In this document: piece after piece, positions 24,002 to 41,866 of the stretch
Layout of the letters: each line of letters starts with the position of its first letter
Numbering within the stretch: the first letter of the stretch is position 1
From: Selaginella moellendorffii
Lineage: Eukaryota > Plantae > Lycopodiophyta
NCBI RefSeq assembly: GCF_000143415.4
Contig: NW_003314410.1
Span: forward strand, 62,001-126,000
Direction of reading: 5' to 3'
DNA length: 64,000 nt
Position numbers and translations under genes: made by a program
Notes under the pieces: generated by a model
Told to the model about the DNA's origin: nothing
The model's database searches: none
The model's input: only the letters and a program-made list of their open reading frames with translations

Positions 24002-24559
24002 TCTGGATCGATCAACCAATTCATCGATGTCTCGCCATTTAAAGCCGCGCGTTTGTTTCTTTATTCCCTCACTCACCAAGAGTGCCGCTAGGGAAACTTT
24101 CCCCCCCCAATTCGAAAGCTTTCCAATATTTTAGGGTTTATGGCGATGGCGCATTCTTTTTGCTCGATTCGAATCGTTTCCATGGCAGCAGTTGCGGTAT
24201 GCTGCGCGACTCATTATTTCCCCGGGTCGATCGATCAATAGCCCCCAAGGCAAGTTCTTTTTTAAGCTATAAACAAGTCAATCCTCTTGCTAATCGCGGC
24301 GATTGACTTCTTCTTGGTCGATTTTGCACACTCTGACGATTGTGTCGGTCCAAGATCTTGGAAAAAAAATCGAGAGTGACAATTTGACAAAGTCTACGGT
24401 CGCCGCATTGGAATTTAGACGATGACTTGCGAAGCGAAAGAAATGAGTATGTTCTCACTTTGCGCCTCGATTTTTTTTGTCATTCTTTTTTCTTTGCTCG
24501 TGAGCCGAGCTACTGTTCTCTGTACTATCAGTATGGTTCTCTGAAGATTTGGACCTGGA

Positions 24560-28826
<4,267 letters not shown>

Positions 28827-29025
28827 AAACACGCACCTATATTCTTTTTGTGTAAAAAATATCGTGGAATTAGCAACTTTCGAAATACAAAACAAGGTGG
28901 CTTGCGGCTGTTATTATACCAGGAAGTATATGAGTATGATAGTGATGATTACCGGAACAGAAGGACTCGAGGCCCGCTCCAGTAGTGGACGCAAAATATA
29001 GAACAAAAATATTCTGCCTGCTTAC

Positions 29026-32000
29026 TTATTGATCAATCTCACTGGCATCGCTGTCGTCACTGCAAGAGTTTACGTAGTTAGAGCAGCATGGAAGGAAAAT
29101 AACGTCATGCTACAATCTCACCTTTGCTCTGGCTGCTTGGCTATTCTTCTGGCGTCAAGACCAGTAATGTATCTCTGCGCGACCTGAGTATTTTCCGGTC
29201 CTGCAACGTATCCATCGTCAGTGAGGGGCGAGCTCTATAGAATTACATTGTTGGTAGCTCACCTTTGTTCAGCTGGAAAACATGATACGCGCAACGCTCC
29301 GCCGCCATTCGGACGGGGGTGTTGGAATCCTTCATAGACTCTGCAATCGCTGGTCCTAAGGTAGTTATACGCGCGGCCAATGAGTCTGGTTTGATCTGTG
29401 AACAAACAGATATAATGATAAGGAAATTCCAGCCTCGCAAAAACAAACCAAAAGCATACCTTTGCTATGATCTTTATGCTGCTAAGGGACGCGCGCCTAA
29501 CATCACTGGCATCGTCGTTAAGAAGGCCAACAAGGACAGGGAGCACGTCTGACAAAGACTTCAAGGCGTCGGAGGGCCGAGATTGTAGCTCATAGGCTAC
29601 CAGACGTCCAAAAGCCCGTGTACAGCACTCCCTTACAGAAGCCTACAGACAGCACACAATCAGACAGTGCTGTATAGTTGCACACAAGCATTTGTACCTT
29701 GTCATCTTTGACCCTGGTTTTCAAGGTGTTAAGTGATGCTGAATGCAGAGATGGTGAAGCACATAAGCGGCTAGGGGAGTAACGAATTATTGATGCTAGA
29801 GCAAGTGTCATGCCATGTCTCGACGTCCAAGACGTTCCAGGCACTAGAACGGCATGAAGCAATGCCGAGAAACTGTCATCCACAACGAACTGCAGATAAA
29901 AAAAAGCCAACAGTTACTAAGAAGGGGAGGCAATATGTAAATTAGAACCTGAGAAACGAGACCAAAGGTTTTGCCGGCGAGTATCCTGTGCTCCTCCTCT
30001 TCTGTAGCTAAGAGGTCTTGTAACAAAACCGTAAGTCGATCTAAAACGGCCGAGCTCAGACTTTTGCCGGCATGCCTGACGACCCCCTTAAGAGCAACCA
30101 GCATGGCTCCTTTCACTCCACCTTCCGCAGACTGCCAAAGTTTCAAGTCACACATTGTAACGCGAATACTTAAGTAATACCTGAAGTCCTGTAACAAGAT
30201 CCCCAACAAGAGGATCAACTCTTGTGCTTAGTATCGATAGTTTGCCAAGCGATGCAGCTGCACGTGATCGAACAATTCTAAAGGCAGAAAGAGCAGAATT
30301 ATGGAAACAGAATCGCAACTGGCTAAATGTACCTCGTATTGTCCTGAAGACATTTCATAAAAGTTGTTTGTAGTTGTGGAAGAAACGGTTTCAGAGCGAT
30401 GCCTCCTTTGCTGATGATAATTCCCAGAGTACCTAAAATTGCGCCCTTTACTTGCCAGGTGAATCGGTCTCCAATGATGCGAATGAGAGGCCTGAGAAAC
30501 AAACCAAATAGTTGGCACCAACATTTAAACAAGCGAACTTTACCCCGTTATTGGCACCACAAAAGGTTTAACCGCAGCCTCACTTGTCACGGTAACTAGC
30601 TCCCCAATACCCTCTGCTGCTTGTTCTCTCAAATCAGCAGAACCACTCATGAGCCCCTGCATGGCAAGAAAGCTAGTTAGTGGAAAAACGTAAGCAACAG
30701 CATACCTGCAATAAAATAGGTAAAACCGGCTGCAGTCCCTTTGGCAAACAAAACCCAGGAATTACGACAGGGCCGCCCTGCATAATAAAAATTATAAGTA
30801 AAAAAAAGAGCTGTTTAACTTATAAGCCAACCTTCCGTTTGCGACGCTCTTTGTCCCGGGCAGTGGACACAGCATCACGTAAGACTTTCACATAGGACGG
30901 TTGGTTTTCTTTGGATATGGTAGCAGTCACGGACGCCAATGCTTCCCAAACAGCCTGAACGCGTAAAGAAGTGAACAACAGCCCGGTGTAAAGATGAGAC
31001 TTACTTTAACAGTATTGTCGTTGACATCAGTGAGCATTACTACCAGAGTAGTCAAAATGTTGGGCAGCTCGTCGCTCAGGTCCAGCTTTGTATTTTTGAA
31101 AAGATATCCCGTAAGGTAGGCCGACCATGTCCTGATTGAAGCCTACAACGGACAATAAAAAAGTGAAACACGGACAGGCAATCCTTCTCGAAGGAGCTCA
31201 CGAAATCATACCTGAGTATCACCAAGGCCGCGGACAAGCTCCGAGAGAAGATACTCAAGTCCTTCTCCGTCAATAGCCAAAACAACTGTTTCACCCGCAC
31301 TCTTTGCAAAAGAAGCCACATCCTGTAGAGCAGTGATGAATAATCTCGATAAACCAAAAATTGCACGTACCATTTCATCTGAATCCATTGCCGCGATTAG
31401 GGGCGGCAAAATCGTTGAAAGATGACCATTCAAGCCTGGACCAGCCACTTCTGCCAATGCTCCCAAAGCATGGGCGTTGAACGCACTGCATCCAAGAAGC
31501 TTTTGAATCTGATGTGAAAAATCAATCTTACGTCAGTGGTGGTTGTACGAGCTTGGGTAAAATATGTGGAAGAACAGCTGCAGTTCGAACGCTACAACAT
31601 AGAAAAAATAAAATTTAGCACTTCTTTAAAGTAGATTTTTACCTTAAAATCTGTTTCAGCCCATCTAAGGCTGTGCCAGATGTTTCCGAGACCTCTAAAG
31701 CACCAAGAAGAGATGGGACAATCTCATCAATCGCCTGCATTCCAGCACTCTGTGCAAAAAAGGTTTCATAGCATGCACTATTATCTTAAGATAAACCAAA
31801 ACAAACCTTGAATAAAGTGCCGAATGCAAGTCCCGCTGCCTCTCGTACTTCACTCACACTACAAGCAACAAGAAGTTGAATATTTAGGAATGAAACTTCA
31901 AAACCAGTTGCATGCCTGTCACAGAGAGCGGTTCTTATAGTCGGAATTAGTTCTCCCATGTAAGTTACAAGCTGGAGTTTTCCAGCACTAGCCATAACTT

Positions 32001-35000
32001 CGCTCAACCCCATACAAACTCCCTGCAAAAGAGTTGAGAAATATGTTTTTAAGAAGTAAGAAGCCAAACCTGTCTCGTGCCGTCGTCTTCATCCTCCAGA
32101 CCCTGCGCAAGAATCGGAATTATTGATGGAAGAACCCTGTCTCCCAATTTTCGAACTAGCTCCCCTAAAGATCGACCTGCAACCTGTAATTTCAAACGTA
32201 AAATCAACCTCCTCTAGCAACTTGAAAAGCACCTGACGGCGTTCAGCAGATGATGACGCGAGAGATGATATGAGTGTGCTCATAAGAACCGGCATTATTT
32301 CTTTTAAAGTCTTTGGGGTGTTCGCAACCACTGTTTTCCAGACGTGCAAAGCTGCCTGTAAGAACATCAATCATCACTTGACTTCTTCTCATCAAGCCTA
32401 GGAATCACAATACCTGTCGAACCGTCATACCAACATCCGACCGAAGCATATATAGAGCAGCCAAAATTTCGTTCCGGCGCTGACTTCCCAAAATGTCCAC
32501 AATGGCACGGCCATGGGCTTCGGTGCTTGCTCCTTCATCGTCACTTCCTCCTTCCAATACAACTTTCCCAGACGTCCCGGCCACCTAAGGAGGATAATTT
32601 TATAAAAAAAACTGAAGAAGAAGAATATCACCTTGAAGAGAAGGTCTCCAAGAAGCTCAACAGAACTCTGTCGTATCCGCCAATTATCATGAAAAATCCC
32701 TTCCTCAACAGCAGGAAGGAGTTGTGGTAATGACCTGGAAATGGATAGAGTTTCAAAACAATATCGTGATAAAAATTAAAATACGTTGTTGCATAGTGTT
32801 CGACAAAAACGTGTCCGGCACTCAATGCCGCGTCACGGACCGATTCATTTTCGTCGGCCAGTCCTGAAATGAAGAGAACATTAGATTACAAATTGCAAAG
32901 AAGGAGATCCCACCGTCAAGAATAGCTGGTAAAACACGAGGCAGATAAGTCTGAAACGATAAACCAAGGGAGCTCGGCAGATACTGCAAAATACGAAAAG
33001 ATGAAGAGACTCAAATGATGCAGAACAAGTTACCTTAAATAACGTGAGATAACCATCACGTACTGCAGCCCGTGGGTGCGTACAATTTTCTATGATATCC
33101 GGTAGAAGCTTGTCGAAATAATCCATGCCTAACGCAGCCAAAACTTCGCTCAAGCCTTGAGCAGCCCCAGATCTTTCGACACTACTATTTTCAGACTTCA
33201 ACGTCTCAAGAAGCCACGGCACTAGTGATGGAAAGTTGTCATCTCCCATACCCTTGGTAAGGGAGCCAAGAGCTTTTGCAGCAACAGAACGAACTTCAGG
33301 AATCGGGTCCACTAAAACCTGGAAAACCGCAGATTAGATAGCGAAAGTTCAATGCGTTTCACAAGAACCTTTTTGACCTCCGGAAGCAGTAATAGCATGT
33401 ATGGAAGCATATCTTTGTAATCAGTAACCAAGGAGCACATGTTTCCAACTATCTGAGCGGCCTTTTTCTTCGTCTCCGAACTTCGCTCTCTTAAACCGCG
33501 ATGAACAATAGGGACCACAAGAGCCAAGGCCGGAGCATCCACGGTATTAACAAATATTGTCTGCAGTGCACTAATGTTCGTCAAAGAAACAAGGAATTCA
33601 ATTGTACCTGTAATAGCGCATCAAGAGAAGATTTTGTGTGTTCATTCGGATCAGAAATTCCAACTAGCAGTAAAGGAACAAGCGCCGAAATCTCCGGATT
33701 CTTTATGACACTTCCCACCTTGTTAACAGGCAAATCACCTTAGAAAAAAGAAAACAAATTCAGTAGAAGTAGTAACCTGCTGTAAAGCAGTTTGAGCCGC
33801 TGCTTGAACTTTCGGGTGTGTATCGGTGAGCACCTGCAAGAAGACAACGGTATTTTAAATATCATGTATTTCAAATAGATATGTTTACCTCGCTAAGCTT
33901 CGGGACAATTGTTGGCAAGCATTGCGAGAGCTGCCGAGGAGCACAAAAAGCCATAGCCCCAAGCAGTTGAACACTTCCCTGTTTTGTGCGCCATGCTCGA
34001 TCTTCTAGCCCCTATATTCAGATGAATACACGAAGTAAGAAAGCAATTCCAGTTCAATGAAATTTTCACCTTCAAAAGAGCCGGTAAAACAAGTTTAACA
34101 CCTTGACCGGTAAGTTGCGACATAATAGTCCGAGCAGTTAGATCAGCCGCGTCGCGTACTGCTGAAACGGAGTCGGAGAAACACACAAGCAGCTCTGGTA
34201 GGATTCGTATTACGTACCTGCAGCAAAATGTTAAACAGATGAAATGCTAGTATAATAAATCCTTACGGTTCAAAAAGACGTCCAAGTTTCTCGGAGAGGC
34301 ATTCGAAGCCTAGCAATGCGCCCTCACGAGCTTTTGCGGAGTCTCTGCACCATTTCAACGTAAAACTCGATAACGCAAGCAAAACGACTCACCTGTCCTC
34401 AATGCTAGTTATCAGGACATTCATTACACGGAACTTCTTCAGGCAAGACAGCCCCTTCCCCTTTACTACCCCGGCCAATCCAAATGCAGCTCCGTAGCGC
34501 TCTCCATATTTTTCCGATTGCACAAGTTGTTCAAGCAAGTCTTTTGCGAGTTTCTCAGAATCCACCTGATTATCAAGTTGCTGAATTATCCAAAAACTCA
34601 AGTGAAATACCTGGTGGATCAGCATTAATGGAGCTAGGCAGTTTGACACAGCACGTTGAACTGATTCTGAAGGAGTTTTCAGCATTTCGAGCAGTCTTTC
34701 TAGAATGACAAGTATTTTTGGATCATCCTGGTGGACATTTCGTTATAGGTAGCAAAGAAACGAAAATTATACCTGAGAGAGATGTTTGGCCAAAGCCCCC
34801 ATGAACACCACGACACCTTCCCGAACTAAATCATAGCGTTCTTCGTCAACTGCCTGCGTAGTCAGAGTAATTACAGACAAAACTGTAAAAAGATTTGAAG
34901 CACGTACCTTTCTACTTAAATAGTTTTCGAATATAGGGAGGAGAACCGCAATGCTATCTTTTCCGTGTCTATCGATTATTGCTACGCCAGCTTCCACCAT

Positions 35001-38000
35001 CTTAGACCGGACGTCAGAGTTCGTATCTGCCTGTAGGAAGTAAACCGATACATTTTACTTGCTTATTCAGCACAGAGACGTACCAAGGCTCGAGAAATAA
35101 GAAAAGTTGATAGAACTGGTAAGTCTTTGGCAGTAAGTATGTCTGCAGCTGCTTCGAGGGCCAACGCTACACCTTGTCTTCCAGGCCAACCAGGATCAAC
35201 CTGATTCCCTTCACTAGGAAGATCCCTCGAATAGAGGGTAAACAAAGCCGATAGTGTTTCCTGACACCAACGTAAGCATGCGATAAAAACAATATACAAA
35301 AAGGTTACTTGTGTACTGCTTGGATACTCCTCCATGGCTGCAGCTAACGCAGTGGCAGCCGCTTGACGAACATTTAAGTTCACATGCGACAAGGCTCCCA
35401 GTATGCCTGCGGCATAATCATTTCCAAGATCATGCCCATAAAGGTCCCAGATATCCTCTGCAATGTCTGCTACCACCTAAACAATTCCTAACACATTTGT
35501 TGGGAAAGAAACAACAAGCACCATACCTTTTCAGGATCGTATAATGCAATCCACAGTGCACTTGCTACAACGGCGTTGTGAGGCACTGCACCTTTAGCAA
35601 ATACAGGTACCGATCTGGTCGAGCTTAAGCACGCAACTCGTACATGCGCGTACTTGGAATAAACACCAGCGAGAGTCTGCAAATCAATAAATTAAGATGT
35701 CTAAACAGACGAACTTTAAAAGTACCTCTGGCAAATCTACTGGACTAATACCGCGGGACAACTCATTCAAAATTGGGAGAATCACAGCTTGATAACTTGG
35801 AAATAAACCAAGCACATGATACAGCACCTGAACAGCCAGCCGGAATTTGTTTATGAGCACAGAAAACAACTGCATACCGAAATCATTTTTGAGCGCGGTA
35901 CATGCATTTGAGGAGAGCAATGGATTGACAAGACACGAAGTAGGCCGTCATGAAATTTAGTTTTCTTGGTTTGGAGCAGGACTTGCTCAACAATCTGTAA
36001 AAACTAAAAGTTTAGAACAAAGACGAATTAAACGCAGAGAAATCATACCGGAAAAACTAGAGTGAAAGACTCCGCGGGGAATGGTTCACGCTCGCAAGCG
36101 CTCACAATTCCCGTGATCACTCTCTGAACAACGCCTTTCTCCTCATCCAAGTAAATTTGTAGAGAAAACGACGACACCAATATTTTCATAGCAGCTGCAA
36201 TATCAGTTGCCAGGTATCTGAGTGCTGGAGTCACCGATCCCGTTAATTTGACCATCGTATGGAACGCTTCATCGCTAACAATTGGCGACTTCAGAAGCGG
36301 AAGGACAAGTGGGATCTGATCATTCGTCAAATATGAGTGAAAACTGCAATAATGTATATAGCTTACCAAAGCAGGAAGATGATCATGCACAAAACATAAA
36401 TTGGCATCCGCAACAGCTGCAATAGCTCTTAGAACCACAGTGAACCGCGTCCTTAGATGGCATACTCTGGAACGGACAATAGCCTCTTCTTTTAAAAGAT
36501 AGTCTCTAGCTTCTTCTTTAGTTGGTTTCGATTCACCTGAAAAAAAAAAAAAAAAAAAAGCAATCACATATGGAACATATTGACAAAACAAAAAAAGTAC
36601 CAGTCTTTTTAGAAGCTTTACTCACGTCTCTAGGCGCAGACGGCCGGGAAGCAGACTTCGCCATTGTGTCCTACAGCAAATCTCATTAGCCACCATAAAC
36701 TGTCAAAAACAGCCTAGTACCTTTCCATTTCCGGATTCATTATACATTTTGAATCGACCTTTTGCCTGCTTGACATTTTTATCCACCACCACTTCCGCAA
36801 CATACACCCCGCCTTCAGTAGACAGAACACCTTCAGGAGTGTTGAATATCTGCCAAGGAAGGTTCGAAATTAAACTAGTACGTGAGTAATATCCACCTTG
36901 ATATCGCTGGCATTGAGACCATTGTGAGAGCTCCAATCCGCTAGATCCTTTACACCCTGCAAGGAAGTAAGTACGTAATTCCAATAAGAAGAAGAGAACC
37001 TACATGGATAAAATGATTGAACATTTCATCAGGTATCATTTGCATGACTAAACCAAGCGCAACGATTGCTGCCTTTGAAATGGCCGGTTGTTCACTGGTC
37101 AACCCGTTCGCCCCGGCCAGGACCTGCAGCATGAACAAGTGTATGGCTGATCCAGCATCAAAAAATTCAAATAATAACCTTCCAGACAGCACCGGGATCA
37201 GATCTTAGGACGGCACGAAGGGAACGTTCCCCGTCTTGTTTATTTATGCGTCTTGCAAAGTCCTGGCAAAGAAGTCAGATGCATGTGCCACAGGAAAAGG
37301 TTGCTTACCTTCCAATATGGATTATACTTTTGACCACGCAAGATACAGTCGTGGTGAAAAGCTATTAGGAAATGCGTACAATACAAGGGATCCCGCACTA
37401 GTGATGTACATCCTAGTGATAGTAGTGCTTTAGAAAGAATATCTGATGAAGGAACCTCTAAAGGCGAACTATCATTCTCGATTCCACTGCACATCTGAGT
37501 ATTAGAAAAATACAAGCTTCAAAACATAGGAGTGAGATTTACCGCATTTGCGAATGAAGCTGGTCATGTAAAGTGGGAAGCCAATTCAAAAAGGACTCGA
37601 AAAGCTCCTTCGCATATGCTAAAGACGCTACTTGTAGACGCCCGACAGCAGCTGCTGCAGCTCTTCTTACATCCCATGACTGGTGCCAAAGAAAGCTTAC
37701 GAGGCTCTACAGCAAGAAAATCATTAGCAATTGCTGGCACATGATTGAGTTTATTACCTTGGAACGTTCAGTTAGCCCCTCGTTACTTCCTCTGCAACCC
37801 ACGTAAATTTTGATATTGTGCAAAGATACGATTTGTGCCTACCTGGAGAGCTGATAATTTGAAAAATCTTCAAGAAGTTCTATCAAAGCACTGCAGTCTT
37901 CCGTTTGCATTTTCAAATTCTGTTCATACGTTGTTACATCAAACCAAACCAAACGAGGCAACGAAAAAGTCATACAACTGTCGAGAAAAACGTAGATTCG

Positions 38001-39868
38001 GGAATCGTTATTGACGAAATGATCTTTTCCTTGAGCAGCTTGTCATCTACAAGAATATAAAGAAGGATGTTTATTGGCTCAAAATGTTGTTTGAATCGCT
38101 CACCAGCTCTGCTGTCGATGGATGCAATCTTGAGTAGCAAAAGAAGAGCATAAATCCCGTCTATTCTTTGTGCAGGTTTTCCTATGCCAGTTTTGGCGAG
38201 TTGGATCAGCTGATCAACTAGCGGGAACGCCTGCAAAAAAAGCTGTTTCAGAACAGAACGCCTTACAAGCTTCAAACCCACAAGAATCGGAAGTTCTTCA
38301 TTGAAAAATGCCTGGCGAAGACAACGCAAGTGTGCCCTTCTCATAGTTTCTTTCTCTTTAAGTCCAGCCGAGAAAAAACTTGAGCATTCAGCTGGCAAGT
38401 TACGCTCGGCTTTTCCAAGCGATGAACTTAGTGACGATAGAATGGCCACTCGGACTTCCTCGTTTCCTGTCCCACACATGTAAGCAGCAAAAATATCAAA
38501 GCCAGCACCAGGACTTACCATCGTCTTTGTACAGAGAAATAAGCACCGGGCTGATAACACCTGCAGCGTGAATAACCGCTTTGCCTTGTCCAGCGCCACA
38601 AATGGCGCGCAACGCATAGATCAACCCCAGTCTTTGGTAGACGAACGTCAGTTTACCCTCAGAGCCTGGCACAAGAGCAAGTTAGCCGTGAGTTAGCAAT
38701 GCTCTTAGACACAACTAACCTCCCAGTATGGACTTGATGGCTTGGACCATTGTTAACAGCGAGTCTGTGTCACCCGACTTTTGTGCAATCCAGCTGAGAG
38801 TTTGCAGCGCTTCCCTTCGCCTTCCCTCGTCGTTATGTCGACATTGGAGCAAAACCACGGGTAGAAACTCGCCTGTGTATCTGCTCAAATCCAGCGGTGT
38901 CTGCTTCAAAAGAACTCCAACGGCCTCCAGAACAATCTCAGGGCTCCTCTTGAGCATCCTTACTGCAGCCGGCACGACCACTCCCCCGAATTGATCATGC
39001 GACAGGTGCTTGAAAAGTGGCTCAAACGCTTCGCTGATCGCCTTCGAAGGCTTCTCTCGCGATCCAAGTACCAACTTCACGTAAAGATCGACAAAAAAGG
39101 CCTGACAAGATAACACATTTCACTGCCAAGAGCTCTGCAAATAAACTTCTTACCTTCTTCACCGAAAGAAGAGCTGGATCCCTTGTAGCGAACTCCAGAA
39201 GCACAGAAATGAGCCCGCTTCTCTCCGAGGGCGAGGCCTCAAGCTCAGAGACGTAGTTCTCGTACAAGCCATTCACCTTCAGCATTGAAACTTTCATAAA
39301 TCCCAGGAAAGAGAAAGAAAACCTCCATACCTGGATCAGTGAGCGAAGCAGCAAAGCCTTGGAAGCTAGCCTCAAACGATACCGTGCCTGCGAGAGTGCC
39401 AAGAGCAGCGAAGACTGGACCGCAGCAATCCTGGAGAACGCATTCCTGGCGGACACAACCGCGGGAGCAAAACTCACGAGAAAGCACGTCCATCGCAGGA
39501 GCTTGAGCTGCGTGGAGGCGGTACACACTTTGGCGTTCCTCTCGGCCGCCTGGACAAGCGCGCCAGTGAAAGCCTTGACGAAAGCTGGCAGCTTGAGCGC
39601 CTTGATTATCACCGAGTCCACTGCCAGCTGCGAGGCGCGATCATCGTAGAGATGCAGCGTCGCGAGAACAATCGCAACCAGCTCGGGGACGTGATCCACC
39701 GCGTGCTCGTCTGGAAGGGGCGTCAGCATTGCCGGAATCGAAACCTAGAGCTAGAAATCCATCACCTGGCAAATCGAGCAACGATGACAAGCTCGCGCGG
39801 AAGAGGGAGACGCGCTCCTTGGTGGACGGCGAGCTAAGCCTCGCCGCGACGAGCGCTAGATCGCCCAT
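29026..39868 (-). CDS. GCN1: GCN1 / ILITYHIA HEAT-repeat translational activator, roughly 50 or more exons
   Basis: [108 protein letters not shown]. Confidence 0.97.
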
Positions 39869-40022
39869 GGCGGAGGAACACTCTAAACCCTAAATCTCGA
39901 TCATACAACAATGCGGACAATTTTAAAACATGATCACTTGCGTCTTGCAGAGAACTACTCTCGTAAAAGCGTGAAGAGCCATGGCTGTTCTTCGTCCATT
40001 CCCTACGAGGCTTTAGCTCTTG

Positions 40023-41511
40023 CTACTCGCATTCTTTGCGCTCCTCGCGTCGTTCGTCTTCCTTCGTGACTTCCATTCGCATTGAAAGTTTCTTGGTCGT
40101 AGATTTTCGGATCAATGTGGAAAGAGAACCTGGGAGCTCCAGCACGGATCTGCGAGACGAGCTCGTTAGCTTCCAAGACGAGAGGAAAAAGGATAACGTT
40201 CTCAAGGACAAGTTCTACCTGAGAGTGACGATCTTGGATCAAAAGCACAGCATGTTTTAGTAGCTTTTGTAGATGGATCTGAGCGTCACCCCGGAGCTGC
40301 AAAGAATGCATTCGAAAAGCCAGTTTTGACAAAGACAAAAGCCTTACACTTTCAGTGCCTAGACCCTGGTACAGATTGCCTTTAGCTTGCAAGAGCTTGT
40401 ATAGCTTCTCGATACTTTGCAGCTCATGCTCCAGATCCGAGAAGGAGCTGCCACGACCACCTACGTGCTCAAACATTTAGATGGCTCAACTGAGATGGAG
40501 ACGAAGCGAAAAAATGTAAAATGAACAAACCTTTGCTTGATGCGCGAATTTGCATCAAGTCCCACGACGCTGCGGCATGAGAAACTGCTACTTCACGCCT
40601 ATCCGCTTCTAGAGTGGCTTCTTCCACTTCCCTTGCGAGTTCTTCCTTCTCTTTCATGCATCGCCGTAGCTCCCTCTGTCCCGCAAGAAAAAATCACGTC
40701 TTGATGTCTCTAGTGATCAATCAACCAGAAATGGAACCTGCAGCCTTTGCGTGTCGAGCCCCGCTTTCGACTCGAGCAGCTCCTTGTCCGATGGCGACTC
40801 GAATAAATCATGCTTGATCTCTGCATATCGTGATCTCGACTTCCATAGCTTGCCTGTAGATGTCACAAGAGAATCGTTGGCGAGAGTATAAGATCCTCTA
40901 AAACTTTGGCTCACCATTGAGGCTTTCTCGAGAGTATGACGCGATTTTCATCATCCGGATCCAGGCCGCCTGTGCTCATTTTAGACGACGTTTTACAAAA
41001 ACCGCGACGCGAGAAGATGGTGATATAAGCAGTGGACCTTTTATATGGGAGGGGAGAACACACCAATGCTTCGTGAGAGTCTGCCGCAAGGACGTAAGCT
41101 CTGCGCCTCGCAAGCCCGGCGAACTGCGCGCCGAGAAACAAATGGAAGACGAATCCATTGCTCGACTCCCTCGATCGTCCTGAAACCTCGACTTTGCTTC
41201 CTTCCATCGGGATAACAGCTGAAGGCAAACCCGTGCGCACCTGTAAAGAGAGAAAACTAAAGGAAGGAAACGAGGAAGCCTTGTGTAGAAACCTGGCATT
41301 CGTTGACGAAATAGAACAGGGCATGGCCCTGGAGCAAGAAGAGGCGCCTCTTCCACGAATTGGATCTCCTGCCGCGCTTGTCCAGGTATCCGGCCAGCTC
41401 TGGCTCGGACCACATCACACTCTGGACTGGGGAGTGGGAGTAAGCGCAAGATAAAAAAAAAAAAAAGCGGGAGATGCTAGGCTAGCCTACCTTCATCGTC
41501 GTCCCTTTCAT
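40023..41511 (-). CDS. N-terminal PH-domain protein with coiled coil and short helical C-terminal domain, multi-exon
   Basis: Spliced ELAGYLDKRGRRSNSWKRRLFLLQGHALFYF...PSAVIPMEGSKVE...YVLAADSHEALAAWIRMMK (PH fold). An in-frame acceptor at 40461 continues into DLEHELQSIEKLYKLLQ. Last exon frame uncertain (stop 40023 or 40003). Confidence 0.75.
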
Positions 41512-41565
41512 CGCAATGTTACGCTGAATGGCTAAAGTCACTTGCTAAAACCGTTACTTCCATCA

Positions 41566-41650
41566 GGGGTGGTGGCGCAGTTGGTCAGCGCGTAGGTCTC
41601 ATAGCTTCTGAGTTATCCTGAGGTCGAGAGTTCGAGCCTCTCTCACCCCA
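41566..41650 (+). tRNA. elongator tRNA-Met(CAU) with 11-nt intron (41604-41614)
   Basis: GGGGTGG/TCACCCC stem, CTCATA|gcttctgagtt|ATCCTG, GTTCGAG; canonical plant intron-containing Met-e; T5 terminator downstream. Confidence 0.97.
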
Positions 41651-41866
41651 AATCCCTTTTTTGCCCTTTCCTCTCATGGGAAGCGCGATCGATTTAATCC
41701 CGGTAGTTTCTTGATGTTTAACCCAAAGGTCTCGTTCTTAGTAACTTCACAAGCTTTCGCTAATCGATCAGCTTCTTCCGGCAGATTTCTTAAGTTTGAC
41801 TGTTCGCGGCAATTTGATTTTTCGCCACAATTTCTCGCGGCAAATCGAATCGAGCGGGTTTGACTT

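Noticed and set aside
40003-40476. Separate gene overlapping the PH-protein stop by 16 nt (apparent bicistron)
   Set aside because: An acceptor at 40461 joins it in frame to the PH exons, so a single gene is the simpler model.
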